NCBI GenBank assembly: GCA_963816365.1
Contig: CAWFKG010000005.1
Coordinates: forward strand, 351,650-415,649
Direction: 5' to 3'
Source: an uncultured Bacteroidales bacterium
Lineage (GTDB): Bacteria; Bacteroidota; Bacteroidia; Bacteroidales; VadinHA17
DNA length: 64,000 nt
Shown: positions 29,896 to 39,356 of the stretch, piece by piece
Layout: the number at the start of each line of letters is the position of its first letter
Numbering within the stretch: the stretch's first letter is position 1
The notes under the pieces: generated by a model
The model's input: the letters and a program-made list of their open reading frames with translations, nothing else
What the model was told of the DNA's origin: nothing
Database searches by the model: none
Position numbers and translations under genes: made by a program

Positions 29896-29985
29896 GCTGG
29901 CGCCGATTTGTAATCGGTGCCGATTAGGAAAACAAGGAACAATAAACGTATCAGAACCAGGCACGGATTTCAAATCCGCGCCAGC
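29896..29985. repeat. Inverted REP doublet (REPIN-like), family A
   Basis: Minus-strand copy at 29896-29921 and plus-strand copy at 29960-29985. Confidence 0.85.
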
Positions 29986-30008
29986 AATAAGAAACGCAGA
30001 ACAATTTA

Positions 30009-31355
30009 ATGACTCAATTCCAAAAATATAACCGTATTAACCCCCCTTTAGGGACGCAGGGGGGCAAATTCGCTAAGGGGGGCCAATCCCGAAAGAAAAC
30101 CTTACCATATATATTATTTGTACTGCTTTTATGCTGGCACGTGGTTCTCTTTGCCCAGGACAGGTTTCCGAGACCTGAATTTGAATCAGGTCATATCTAT
30201 CCCACCAACCAGATGCCGGTGCCCAGGGCCCAGGTACTGGAGTACCTTGATGTTGTGGTTTTGATCGGTGCGTTGATATTAACCACCTGGCTGGCATTGA
30301 AAAAGCGTTCACGACGGGGCCTGATCTGGATGTCGGTGTTTTCGGTGGCATATTTCGGTTTCTACAGACAAGGCTGTATCTGTTCGGTAGGATCGGTTCA
30401 GAATGTATCACTGGCATTGTTTAATACCGGCTACTCGATTCCGGTTACAGCACTTCTTTTCTTTATTATTCCGCTCCTCTTCGCTCTTGCTTACGGACGT
30501 GTATTTTGCGCGGGAGTTTGTCCGCTTGGTGCCATTCAGGAATTAACCGGTTTAAAGCCCGTCAAACTGCCAAAACCTGTGGAAGTGATCCTTGCATTTG
30601 TACCTTTTATTTATCTCGGGATTGCAATATTGTTTTCAGCCACAAACAGTCAGTTCATGATCTGCAAATATGATCCTTTTGTTGGTATTTTCAGACTTGA
30701 TGCCCCCTATACAATGATAATATTTGGAGCCTTGCTGCTTCTGGCAGGAATATTTGTCAACAGGCCATATTGCAGATATCTGTGTCCTTACGGAGTCCTT
30801 CTCAATATCTTTTCACGGTTTGCAGGGAAACATCTGACAATAACACCAGCTGAATGCACGAATTGCCGGCTTTGTGAGGAAGCATGTCCCTATGATGCCA
30901 TCCTCCCTGCTGATACTGATCAGACCAGGGAAGAACCTGAGAGATCAAGAAAAAGGTTTATTCTCTACTTTATTCTTGTGCCAGTCTTCGCAATCAGCGG
31001 AGCATTTTTACTTTATAACCTCGCTCCTGCCTTGTCAGGTGCAAACAGTACTGTCAGGCTGGCAAGAGAGATCAGAAGTGAGAAAAAAACCGGGCTTGAA
31101 ACAACCCTGAAAGATGTTGTTGCATTCAAAGAATCGGGAAAAACAGAATCCGAGCTATTCAAGGATGAAGAGGTGATAATTAATCGATTCATAAAAGGTT
31201 CACCCTGGGCCGGCGCATTTCTTGGAATTTCATTCGGCCTCGGAATGATCTCACTGACAATTAGAAGTAAGAGAAGTGAATATAAGCCACATCAGGGGAA
31301 GTGTTATAGTTGCGGGAGATGTTTTAAATATTGTCCAATTAAAGTGAAAGTTTAA
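30009..31355 (+). CDS. Integral-membrane 4Fe-4S protein (NapH/MauN/NosR-C-terminal family)
   Basis: FCAGVCPLG and YCRYLCPYG (CX3CP), CTNCRLCEEACP, C-terminal CYSCGRCFKYCP, multiple TM helices. Confidence 0.88.
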   Translation: MTQFQKYNRINPPLGTQGGKFAKGGQSRKKTLPYILFVLLLCWHVVLFAQDRFPRPEFESGHIYPTNQMPVPRAQVLEYLDVVVLIGALILTTWLALKKRSRRGLIWMSVFSVAYFGFYRQGCICSVGSVQNVSLALFNTGYSIPVTALLFFIIPLLFALAYGRVFCAGVCPLGAIQELTGLKPVKLPKPVEVILAFVPFIYLGIAILFSATNSQFMICKYDPFVGIFRLDAPYTMIIFGALLLLAGIFVNRPYCRYLCPYGVLLNIFSRFAGKHLTITPAECTNCRLCEEACPYDAILPADTDQTREEPERSRKRFILYFILVPVFAISGAFLLYNLAPALSGANSTVRLAREIRSEKKTGLETTLKDVVAFKESGKTESELFKDEEVIINRFIKGSPWAGAFLGISFGLGMISLTIRSKRSEYKPHQGKCYSCGRCFKYCPIKVKV

Positions 31356-31356
31356 A

Positions 31357-33052
31357 ATGAAGATTGCTTTAACTGAAAAAGATATCCGGGTTCTGAAAGT
31401 TGTCAGTCAGATTGCAGGAGGATTTGCGCTTATCGTTGCTCTGACCATGATCTTCGCTCTGATCCAGTTAAAAACTGTGAATCCGTTGGATAATCCGGTT
31501 TTGCTTTCGGTGAAGGAGCAGTATGACAAGGACCCGTCAGATGCTGCAAAAGCGGCACAGGTCAGAGCCATGGATCTTATGGCCCGGAAAGCCTATTTCA
31601 GTTCAAGGTGGCAGGTTGAAGCCGGTTCATATCTTCTTATTGCAGGAGTCATTGTATTCATAATATGTCAGAGACTTATTACGGAAAATGAAAAACTCAA
31701 CCCGGTACTCACTGATGCAAAACCCAGCGCCATATTGAATCGCGAGAGGAACAGAAAATATCTCATTTCTACTGTCACCGTAGTTTTTATATTAGCTGTT
31801 GCAGCATCTTTTTATCTTCGTGCGGATCTTCCCGATATATCGGGCAATTCTTCACGAACTGCAAAGAGTGAAGGAGGAGGAGACGATAGAGCTTCTAAAC
31901 CTGATAAAACAAACTGGCCATTTTTCCGCGGACAGGATAGTCGTGGAATTGCAGGCGGTTCAGGTTATCCGACCGAGTGGAATGGAGAATCGGGAAAGAA
32001 TATTGAATGGAAACTGGAGGTGCCCGGAAGAGGAAAGAGCTCTCCTGTTATATGGGGTGATAAGATTTTTATTACAGGTGCGAAGGATAAGGTCTGTGAA
32101 ATATATTGCATCGATAAGAATAACGGGAAAATTTTGTGGACCGGTTCTGCCTCTAATATTCCGGGAGAACCTGCTGTATCTCCAAAGACCGATGCTGAAG
32201 CTGGTCTGGCTGTATCAACAGTAGCTTCAAATGGCAAAGTTGTTTGTGCTGTTTTTGCAAATGGCAACCTGGCCTGCTTTGATTTGGATGGAAAACAGCT
32301 CTGGGCAAAAAATATAGGGGTCCCTGAGACCAGTTACGGTTACTCATCATCCCTGCTCATATATAAAGATATTCTGATTGTCCAATTCGATAGCAATTCC
32401 AAAATATCACTTAATGGATTTGATCTGGGAACCGGTGCATCAGAAATGGGAAACTCTCCGGCAGGGACGTGCAGTATGGTCATCTCCGGTACTCGGGTAT
32501 TTTAACGGCAAAACTCAGGTAATAATAAACGGTAATCCTTCCGTCAGTAGTTATGATCCGGTTACCGGAACCGAACTCTGGGAAATAGAATGTATGAGCG
32601 GTGATGTTGCGCCATCAGTAGCAGTTAACAGCACCCTTGCATATGCTGTAACTGATTATGCAAAGCTTGCAGCAATTAAACCCGGTAATGGAGTCTCAAT
32701 TGCCTGGGAAGACAATACTTATACTCCTGATGTATCGAGCCCGGTTGCTACAGATAAGTTCTTATTCCTGTCAACAGGAAATGGGGACGTTGCCTGCTAC
32801 AATGCATCGAAAGGAGATACAGTCTGGACTCATTATTTCCAGGATCCGTTTTATGCCTCACCTATAATTGCAGATGAAATGGTTTATCTGCTTGACAGAG
32901 CTGGTATCATGCATATAGTCAAAGCAGGAGATAAATTCACTCATATCGGTGATTCTCCTCTTGGTGAAAGCGCCGATTGCTCACCTGCCTTTTCCGACAA
33001 GAAAATTTATATCAGGGGAACGAAAAACCTCTATTGTATTTCGAAGAATTGA
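31357..33052 (+). CDS. PQQ_2-like beta-propeller protein 3 with N-terminal TM helices (frameshift near 32437)
   Basis: Three TM segments, NWPFFRG, SSPVIWGDKIF; continues in ORF 32378-33052 (KWETLR...WSSPV...IYIRG). Confidence 0.85.
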
Positions 33053-35458
33053 AAACAGATAAATCAAAAATATTGTCCGGCACCTGTGAATGCGAAAAGA
33101 TTTCGCAGGCAGATATTACAAATGTAATAGATGAAGTTCTGGCTATTACAGGCACGTGAACCTGAAAAAGTTATATTGATACTCCAGGAGGTTCAGAAAA
33201 GGCTTAACTGGCTACCTTCAGAAGCTCTTAAATATATATGTAAAGTAACTGATATCACACCCGGGCAAATATCGGGAGTTTCTACATTTTATACCCAGTT
33301 CCGTCATCTTCCTGTCGGTGAGCATACAATCAAAATATGCGCAGGAACAGCATGTCATGTAAAAGGCAGTCCGTTGATATCCGATGCGTTTAAAAGAGTT
33401 CTGAAAATTGATGATTCAAAAAATGCTTCTCCAGATAATCTTTTTTCAATTGAGGAAGTAGCCTGCCTTGGCTGCTGTACGCTGGCTCCGGTTGTTCAGA
33501 TTGACGGAAAGACATATGGCCATGTCAAAACAACGCAGGTTGACGAAATAATTTATGATTTTCTGCATCAGGGTAAAATGAGTACTATGATTCAGGAACA
33601 AGAAGCCGGCACAGAGGTAGATGCTGAGATCAGGGTAGGAATCGGTTCATGCTGTGTTGCCGGAGGAAGTAAGGAAATCGTGTCTGAAATTTTTGAAATT
33701 AAACAAAGATATAATCTCAATATCAGATTAAAACAGGTAGGTTGTGTAGGTGTTTGCAATCAGACTCCTTTAATGGAGATAGTTACAAAAGATGAAGTCC
33801 ATTCCAGTTATACAAAAGTATCTAAAGAAAGAGTTGAAGAAATTCTTCTTAAGCATGTACAGCCCAGGGAATTGAATAAAAGGATCAGGTACAAGATAAA
33901 TGATCTTGTTGATACATTCCTGTCTGAAGACAAGCTTACGGGGCAGGTTAATTTACCAGTTGAACAAAGAGAGAAATACCTTGATAACTTCCTGAATCAC
34001 CAGGTTCATCTTGCAACAAAAAACAATGGTATGCTTTCTCCTGAATCCTACAATGAATATTGTTTGTCAGGAGGGTATGATGCATTAAAAAAATGCCTTA
34101 AGGAATCTGACCGGGGATCGATAATTAAAATTATATCAGAGAGTGGCCTTCGAGGTCGCGGAGGTGCAGGATTTCCTACAGGTAAAAAATGGGATATTTC
34201 AGCAAATTCAAACGGTGACACGAAATATGTAGTTTGTAACGGTGACGAAGGTGATCCCGGAGCGTTCATGGACAGAATGCTTCTTGAATCATTTCCTTAC
34301 CGGGTTATAGAAGGAATGGTCATTGCAGGTTATGCGACAGGAGCCAGCGAAGGGATATTTTATATCAGGGCAGAGTATCCGTTAGCTGTAACCAGGGTAA
34401 GGATAGCACTGAAAGCTTGTTATGAAAACGGAATTCTCGGAAAAAATATTTTTGGCACTTCATTTTCATTTGACATTAATATTTTTGAGGGTGCCGGTGC
34501 TTTTGTTTGCGGAGAAGAAACCGCTCTGATCGCATCTCTTGAAGGTAAGCGCGGAACCCCGCATATCCGGCCTCCCTACCCTGCTGTAAAAGGATATAAG
34601 AACAGACCTACGCTCGTTAATAATGTTGAGACCCTTTCACTTGTTCCATGGATAATCAATAATGGTGCAGTTCTATTTGCATCAATCGGCACTGAAAAAA
34701 GCAAGGGGACAAAAGTATTTGCTCTTGCAGGGAAGATTTCAAAAGGTGGTCTGATCGAAGTGCCAATGGGAACAACAATCCGACAAATAGTTGAGAATAT
34801 CGGAGACGGTGTTGCTGATGGTAATACTTTTAAAGCCATTCAGATCGGTGGTCCTTCAGGAGGTTGTATTCCTGCAAGTCATGCTGATATTGCAATTGAT
34901 TATGAGGAACTTACAAGGATGGGTGCGATGATGGGCTCAGGTGGAATGGTAGTCCTCGACAATACCGACTGTATGGTCGACATGGCAAAATACTTCCTTA
35001 CTTTTACTCATAAACAGTCGTGCGGGAAATGTACATTTTGCAGAATTGGTACAAAACAGATGCTCAATATTATTAACGCATTGTCTGAGGGTAAAGCCAC
35101 TTTAGATGATATTAAGGAGCTTGAGAAGTTATGCAAATTCGTTAAGGATGGCAGCTTATGCGGCCTTGGAAAAACATCCCCCAATCCGGTACTTACTGGT
35201 TTGAAATATTTCAGGGAGGAATATGAAGAACATACAAAAGGGATTTGCAGGGCAAACAAATGCCAGGCTCTCATCAAATATCAAATAAATGATGATTGTA
35301 CCGGCTGCACAAAATGTTCGCAGGATTGTCCGGTAAAAGCAATTCCGTTTAAACCTTATGAAAAACATGAGATAGACCAGCTAATATGCACTAAATGTGA
35401 TAACTGTAGAATTGTTTGTCCTGAAAAGGCTATTGAAATAGTAAATATTAATGCTTAG
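33049..35458 (+). CDS. Fused NuoE + thioredoxin-like [2Fe-2S] + NuoF + 2[4Fe-4S] protein (HydC/HydB or BfuC/B-like); frameshift near 33157
   Basis: TTG start overlapping the previous stop; CAGTAC..CLGCC, GSCC..GCVGVC, SGLRGRGGAGFPTG, GDEGDPGAFMDR, GAFVCGEETAL, GGPSGG, SCGKCTFC, CTGCTKC..CP, CTKCDNC..CP. Confidence 0.92.
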
Positions 35459-36551
35459 AATTAAAATAGACAATATTGATTTTGAAGCCGCTGAAGGTTT
35501 AACCATCATGGATGTCGCCAGGGATGCCGGAATACACATCCCTTCCCTGTGCTTTTCAGATAGATTACCACACTATTCTTCATGTATGGTTTGCATGGTA
35601 AAAGATAAAAGAACAGGTAACTTTTTACCCTCGTGTTCTGCGTTGGTACAGGATGGCATGGACATTGAATCTGCCTCTGAAGATGTAATTACTATAAGAA
35701 AAAAATCACTGGAACTTCTACTGTCTGAGCATCGAGCGGAGTGTGAGGCACAATGTAAAGTTGTTTGTCCGGAAGGATATGATATTCCTCTGATGAACAG
35801 GCTTTTAAGTGCTAATGATTTGGATGGTGCCGTCTATCTTTCTATAAGTCAGACAAAATTTTCAATATTAAAATGCTTTGATTGCAAGGGATATTGTGAG
35901 AATGCCTGCCGGAGAAAAAAAGTTGATGCTCCTGTTTCAATCCGCAATATGCAAATGTTTGTCTACGGACAAATCAGTAGGGGCGTTGCATGCAACGCCC
36001 CTCCCGGTGGTCTTGAACAGGGTAATAGTGAGCTCCCAAAACAAAAAGCACCAAAACGTTTTTCATCACGTATTGGCACAATTGAGCAAAATGAACTGAA
36101 AGAATGGCTTAAAGAATGCAAAAATGGCCTTTCCCGTTTCAGGGATATCACAAATATTGAATCTGCTGCCCGGGAGTCTGAGAGTTGCATGCATTGTGAT
36201 TGTCGCGCTGCAGTCGATTGTAAACTGCGACTCCTGGCCGATGAATTAGCTGTTAAAGATCCAAAAGGGAAACTGGTTAATTCTCCTATTCAAAAGAAGA
36301 TAAATATCAATACAGGACTTATCTTTGAGAATGCCAAGTGCATCAAATGCGGTCTTTGTGTCAGACTATGTGAGGAATTAAAAGAAGAACCGGCACTTTG
36401 CTTTATAAACCGGGGATTTGTCAGTATAATCTCAGAGCCACTTACTGAGGACTTTGAAAATATACTGAGGACAAGAAGCAAAGAGGTTGTTGAGATATGC
36501 CCTACGGGGGCTTTAAGTTTGCGAACACCGACTGCTAGCGCGGATTTATAA
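35451..36551 (+). CDS. Fe-S relay subunit (NuoG/HydA N-terminal-like plus GltD-like Fe-S domain), no catalytic domain
   Basis: IPSLC..SCMVCMV..SC [2Fe-2S]; LLSEHRAEC; AQCKVVCP..DIP; YCENACRRKKVDAPVSIR; CMHCDC..DCKL; CIKCGLCVRLC..ICPTGAL. Confidence 0.85.
   Translation: MLRIKIDNIDFEAAEGLTIMDVARDAGIHIPSLCFSDRLPHYSSCMVCMVKDKRTGNFLPSCSALVQDGMDIESASEDVITIRKKSLELLLSEHRAECEAQCKVVCPEGYDIPLMNRLLSANDLDGAVYLSISQTKFSILKCFDCKGYCENACRRKKVDAPVSIRNMQMFVYGQISRGVACNAPPGGLEQGNSELPKQKAPKRFSSRIGTIEQNELKEWLKECKNGLSRFRDITNIESAARESESCMHCDCRAAVDCKLRLLADELAVKDPKGKLVNSPIQKKININTGLIFENAKCIKCGLCVRLCEELKEEPALCFINRGFVSIISEPLTEDFENILRTRSKEVVEICPTGALSLRTPTASADL
35977..36002 (+). repeat. GTAG-type REP palindrome inside a CDS
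   Basis: GT followed by the perfect 24-bp palindrome AGGGGCGTTGCATGCAACGCCCCT. Confidence 0.75.
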
Positions 36552-36606
36552 TGCGTGCTAGCATATATTAGTTTTATATAAGCACGGATTACAAATCCGC
36601 GCCAGC
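36534..36606. repeat. Inverted REP doublet, family A
   Basis: Degenerate minus copy at 36534-36559 (contains the TAA stop of the 35451 gene) and plus copy at 36581-36606. Confidence 0.8.
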
Positions 36607-36619
36607 AAACGAATTATTT

Positions 36620-37726
36620 ATGAAATTCATTCTTACAGGCATATTAAGTTTTCTCTTATACGTTTCTGTTTCCGGTCAATCAGCAGACTGGCCATTATTC
36701 AGAGGCAAGGCAGATCTGGCAGGAAAGACAGAATCGGAATTTCCTCTGTCACCCAGGCTTCTGTGGAGCATTAAAACAGGTGCAACGACGAAATCTTCGC
36801 CGGTTATTAGTGAAGGAACCGTTTATTATGGAAATGATAAAGGGTCTCTTATAGCGGTCAGTTCCGACGGAAAGATAAAGTGGAAATATGAAGCTGGAAG
36901 TTCAATAGATGCCGCACCAATGGTATTTGGAAATAAAGTGGTATTTGGAAACAGCGATGGAATTCTGAGAGCAATTGACAAATTCTCAGGCAAATTAATA
37001 TGGTCATATACTACTGATAATCAGATTGCCGGCTCCGCAAATGTATGGACTGAAGGCGACAGGTCAGGAATTGTAACAGGAAGCTATGATTATTATCTTC
37101 ATTGTGTAGATCCTCACACGGGCAAATCTCTCTGGAAGGTCGAGACTGAAAACTATATAAACGGAACCCCTGCAATACTGAACGGAAAAATAGTGTTCGG
37201 AGGCTGTGACGGGATGTTAAGAGTTGTGGATCCTCTGACGGGCAAGGAAAATGATACCATTAATATAGGAGTATATATTGCATCCTCTCCTGCCCTCTCA
37301 GGCAGTCTGGCGTACTTCGGGGATTATGACGGTACAATATATTGTGTTAACATCAAGACCAGGAAGATCATCTGGAAGATACAGGGAACCGGAGAAGGAG
37401 GCTCAATAATGTCAATTCCAGCAATCGGAAATAATTCCGTTGTAATAGGCAGTGAGGATAGATATCTTTATTGTTATAACTCTGCCGATGGTAAGTTGTT
37501 ATGGAAATTTCGAACAAACGGAAGAATAGTCGGATCTGCTGTAATATCATCAACTCAGGTTCTCTTTACAGGAATGGATGGGTTCATCTATATATTAAGG
37601 CTGTCCGACGGGAAAAAGCTTTGGAGCTTCAATGCAGGTACCCCTGTAAGCAGCTCTCCGGCGGTGGTTGACGGAAAGTTTTATATTCTGACAGAGGATG
37701 GCAGATTAATGGCATTTGGGAATTAA
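36620..37726 (+). CDS. PQQ_2/BamB-like beta-propeller protein 4 (secreted, regular blades)
   Basis: Signal peptide, DWPLFRG, repeated SSPxI...G..DG...GK..W. Confidence 0.9.
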   Translation: MKFILTGILSFLLYVSVSGQSADWPLFRGKADLAGKTESEFPLSPRLLWSIKTGATTKSSPVISEGTVYYGNDKGSLIAVSSDGKIKWKYEAGSSIDAAPMVFGNKVVFGNSDGILRAIDKFSGKLIWSYTTDNQIAGSANVWTEGDRSGIVTGSYDYYLHCVDPHTGKSLWKVETENYINGTPAILNGKIVFGGCDGMLRVVDPLTGKENDTINIGVYIASSPALSGSLAYFGDYDGTIYCVNIKTRKIIWKIQGTGEGGSIMSIPAIGNNSVVIGSEDRYLYCYNSADGKLLWKFRTNGRIVGSAVISSTQVLFTGMDGFIYILRLSDGKKLWSFNAGTPVSSSPAVVDGKFYILTEDGRLMAFGN

Positions 37727-37737
37727 ACTCTGTGTGG

Positions 37738-37808
37738 CCTCTCCCTAAATCCTCTCCCCCAAGGGGGAGGGACTTAAGGGGGATGAGGTAATAGAATTTA
37801 GGGAGAGG
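37738..37808. repeat. GC-rich palindromic element with 13-bp terminal inverted repeats
   Basis: CCTCTCCCTAAAT...ATTTAGGGAGAGG with an inner CCCCC-AA-GGGGG hairpin. Confidence 0.75.
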
Positions 37809-37838
37809 TAAAAGGGCTACAGAGGAATATTAAATAAT

Positions 37839-39143
37839 ATGAAAATAGTCTATCTCATTACAGGTTCGGGAGGTTCATTTTATTGCGGCAATTGCTACCG
37901 CGATATGATCTACCTCAGGGCCATCCGCAAGGTCCCGGGGATAAGCGCTTCCGCTATCCCATTGTATCTTCCTCCTGATGGTCCGGAAAACGAAACAGGA
38001 ATGGATAAAAATGTCTTTTTCGGTGCAATCTCGATGTATCTGAGAGAAAAAGTCCCGTTTCTCAGAAATATGCCGGTATTTCTGGAAAAGATGTTTGATT
38101 CCGCTCCAATGCTTAAAATGGCCGCTCAAAGAGCCGGTACAACCAGGACAGAGGGTCTTGAAGAGATGACACTTAACATGATAAAAGGGGAAAATGCATT
38201 TCCGGAAAAGGAACTGAATCGGTTGACGGATTATCTTACAAAAGACGGAAAACCTGATGTTATTCATCTCTCTAATGCGCTCATAATCGGACTGGCACGA
38301 CAGATCAAAAAGAAGCTTGATGTAAAGATCGTTTGCTCTCTACTTAATGAAGACGACTGGATAGACGAAATGGCGGAACCTTATCAGTCGGGAGCATGGA
38401 AACTGATATCAAAAGAAGCATCAAATGTTGATGCGTTCCTTACCCCGAGTAATTATTATAAAGAGTTGTTCATTGCAAAAACAGGAATTTCAGGAGCCAA
38501 TTTTCACGTTATCCCACTCGGATTTGATCCCGGCGAACAGATAAAAACTGAAAAGAGAGATAATTATCCTTCTGTTGGATATTTCTGCAGAATAAGCTCT
38601 CAGAACGGTTTTGACAAGCTGGTAGATGCTTTTATTGAGATGAAAACAGCTGATTATCTTCCGGGACTGACCCTTCACGTATCTGGCGGTTATACTGGTG
38701 ATGATAAACATTTTATTGCTCAGCAGATAAAGAAAATAAAATCAAGTGGCCTGAAATCTTTTGTAAGAATTTATCCCGAATTTCATGGTAACAGCAAACA
38801 GGAGTTTTTCAGGAATATAGATGTGATGAGTGTGCCAGTCAGAAAGCATGATGGTTATGGTTTATACATCCTTGAAGCAAATGCTGCAGGAGTACCGGTT
38901 GTCCAGCCTGCAACAGGAGCATTTCCGGAAATTATTGCGAGGACCACGGGAGGATTAACTTATTTACCGGACACAGTATCGGAACTGTCAGCAAACCTGC
39001 TGAAAATACTGAAAGAAAATGAATTACGTATTCAACTGGGAAAACAGGGAAAAGATAAGGTTCTGTCTGAACTCTCTCTTGAGAAAATGTCAGAAGGCTT
39101 ATCTAAAGTTTATAATTCTTTACCGCAAAGGAACACGAAGTAA
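37839..39143 (+). CDS. Glycosyltransferase family 4 (GT-B) with N-terminal CxxC
   Basis: PDVIHLSN; donor-binding motif DGYGLYILEANAAGVPVVQPATGAFPEI; N-terminal GSFYCGNCYRD. Confidence 0.88.
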   Translation: MKIVYLITGSGGSFYCGNCYRDMIYLRAIRKVPGISASAIPLYLPPDGPENETGMDKNVFFGAISMYLREKVPFLRNMPVFLEKMFDSAPMLKMAAQRAGTTRTEGLEEMTLNMIKGENAFPEKELNRLTDYLTKDGKPDVIHLSNALIIGLARQIKKKLDVKIVCSLLNEDDWIDEMAEPYQSGAWKLISKEASNVDAFLTPSNYYKELFIAKTGISGANFHVIPLGFDPGEQIKTEKRDNYPSVGYFCRISSQNGFDKLVDAFIEMKTADYLPGLTLHVSGGYTGDDKHFIAQQIKKIKSSGLKSFVRIYPEFHGNSKQEFFRNIDVMSVPVRKHDGYGLYILEANAAGVPVVQPATGAFPEIIARTTGGLTYLPDTVSELSANLLKILKENELRIQLGKQGKDKVLSELSLEKMSEGLSKVYNSLPQRNTK

Positions 39144-39348
39144 AAGCAATTGAGTGACATACATATACGTTCGCTGGCGCGGATTTGCAATCCGTGCCAT
39201 TATGCAAACTAGGACCGAGGAGATGAAGGGGCACAGATAACAACCGGGCAGATGCAGGGGCACGGATTGCAAATCCGCGCCAGCATTATAGTAAAGTTTT
39301 TTTTCCAGAATGGATCACTAAGTAAAGGCAACCGAGACATACATATAC
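39139..39348. repeat. Inverted REP doublet (family A) flanked by imperfect direct repeats
   Basis: REP copies at 39173-39198 (-) and 39259-39284 (+); flanks AGTAAAAGCAATTGAGTGACATACATATAC (39139-39168) and AGTAAAGGCAACCGAGACATACATATAC (39321-39348). Confidence 0.8.
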
Positions 39349-39356
39349 CAAAATAG

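Noticed and set aside
33157-33159. TGA as selenocysteine in the NuoE N-terminus
   Set aside because: It is followed by ACC TGA, and the NuoE sequence continues in a different frame
33049-36551. [FeFe]-hydrogenase, formate dehydrogenase or complex I call
   Set aside because: No H-cluster motifs, no molybdopterin domain, no membrane Nuo subunits and no maturases in the window
20769-39284. CRISPR array formed by the recurring 26-bp repeats
   Set aside because: The copies are dispersed and inverted, with no regular spacers and no cas genes
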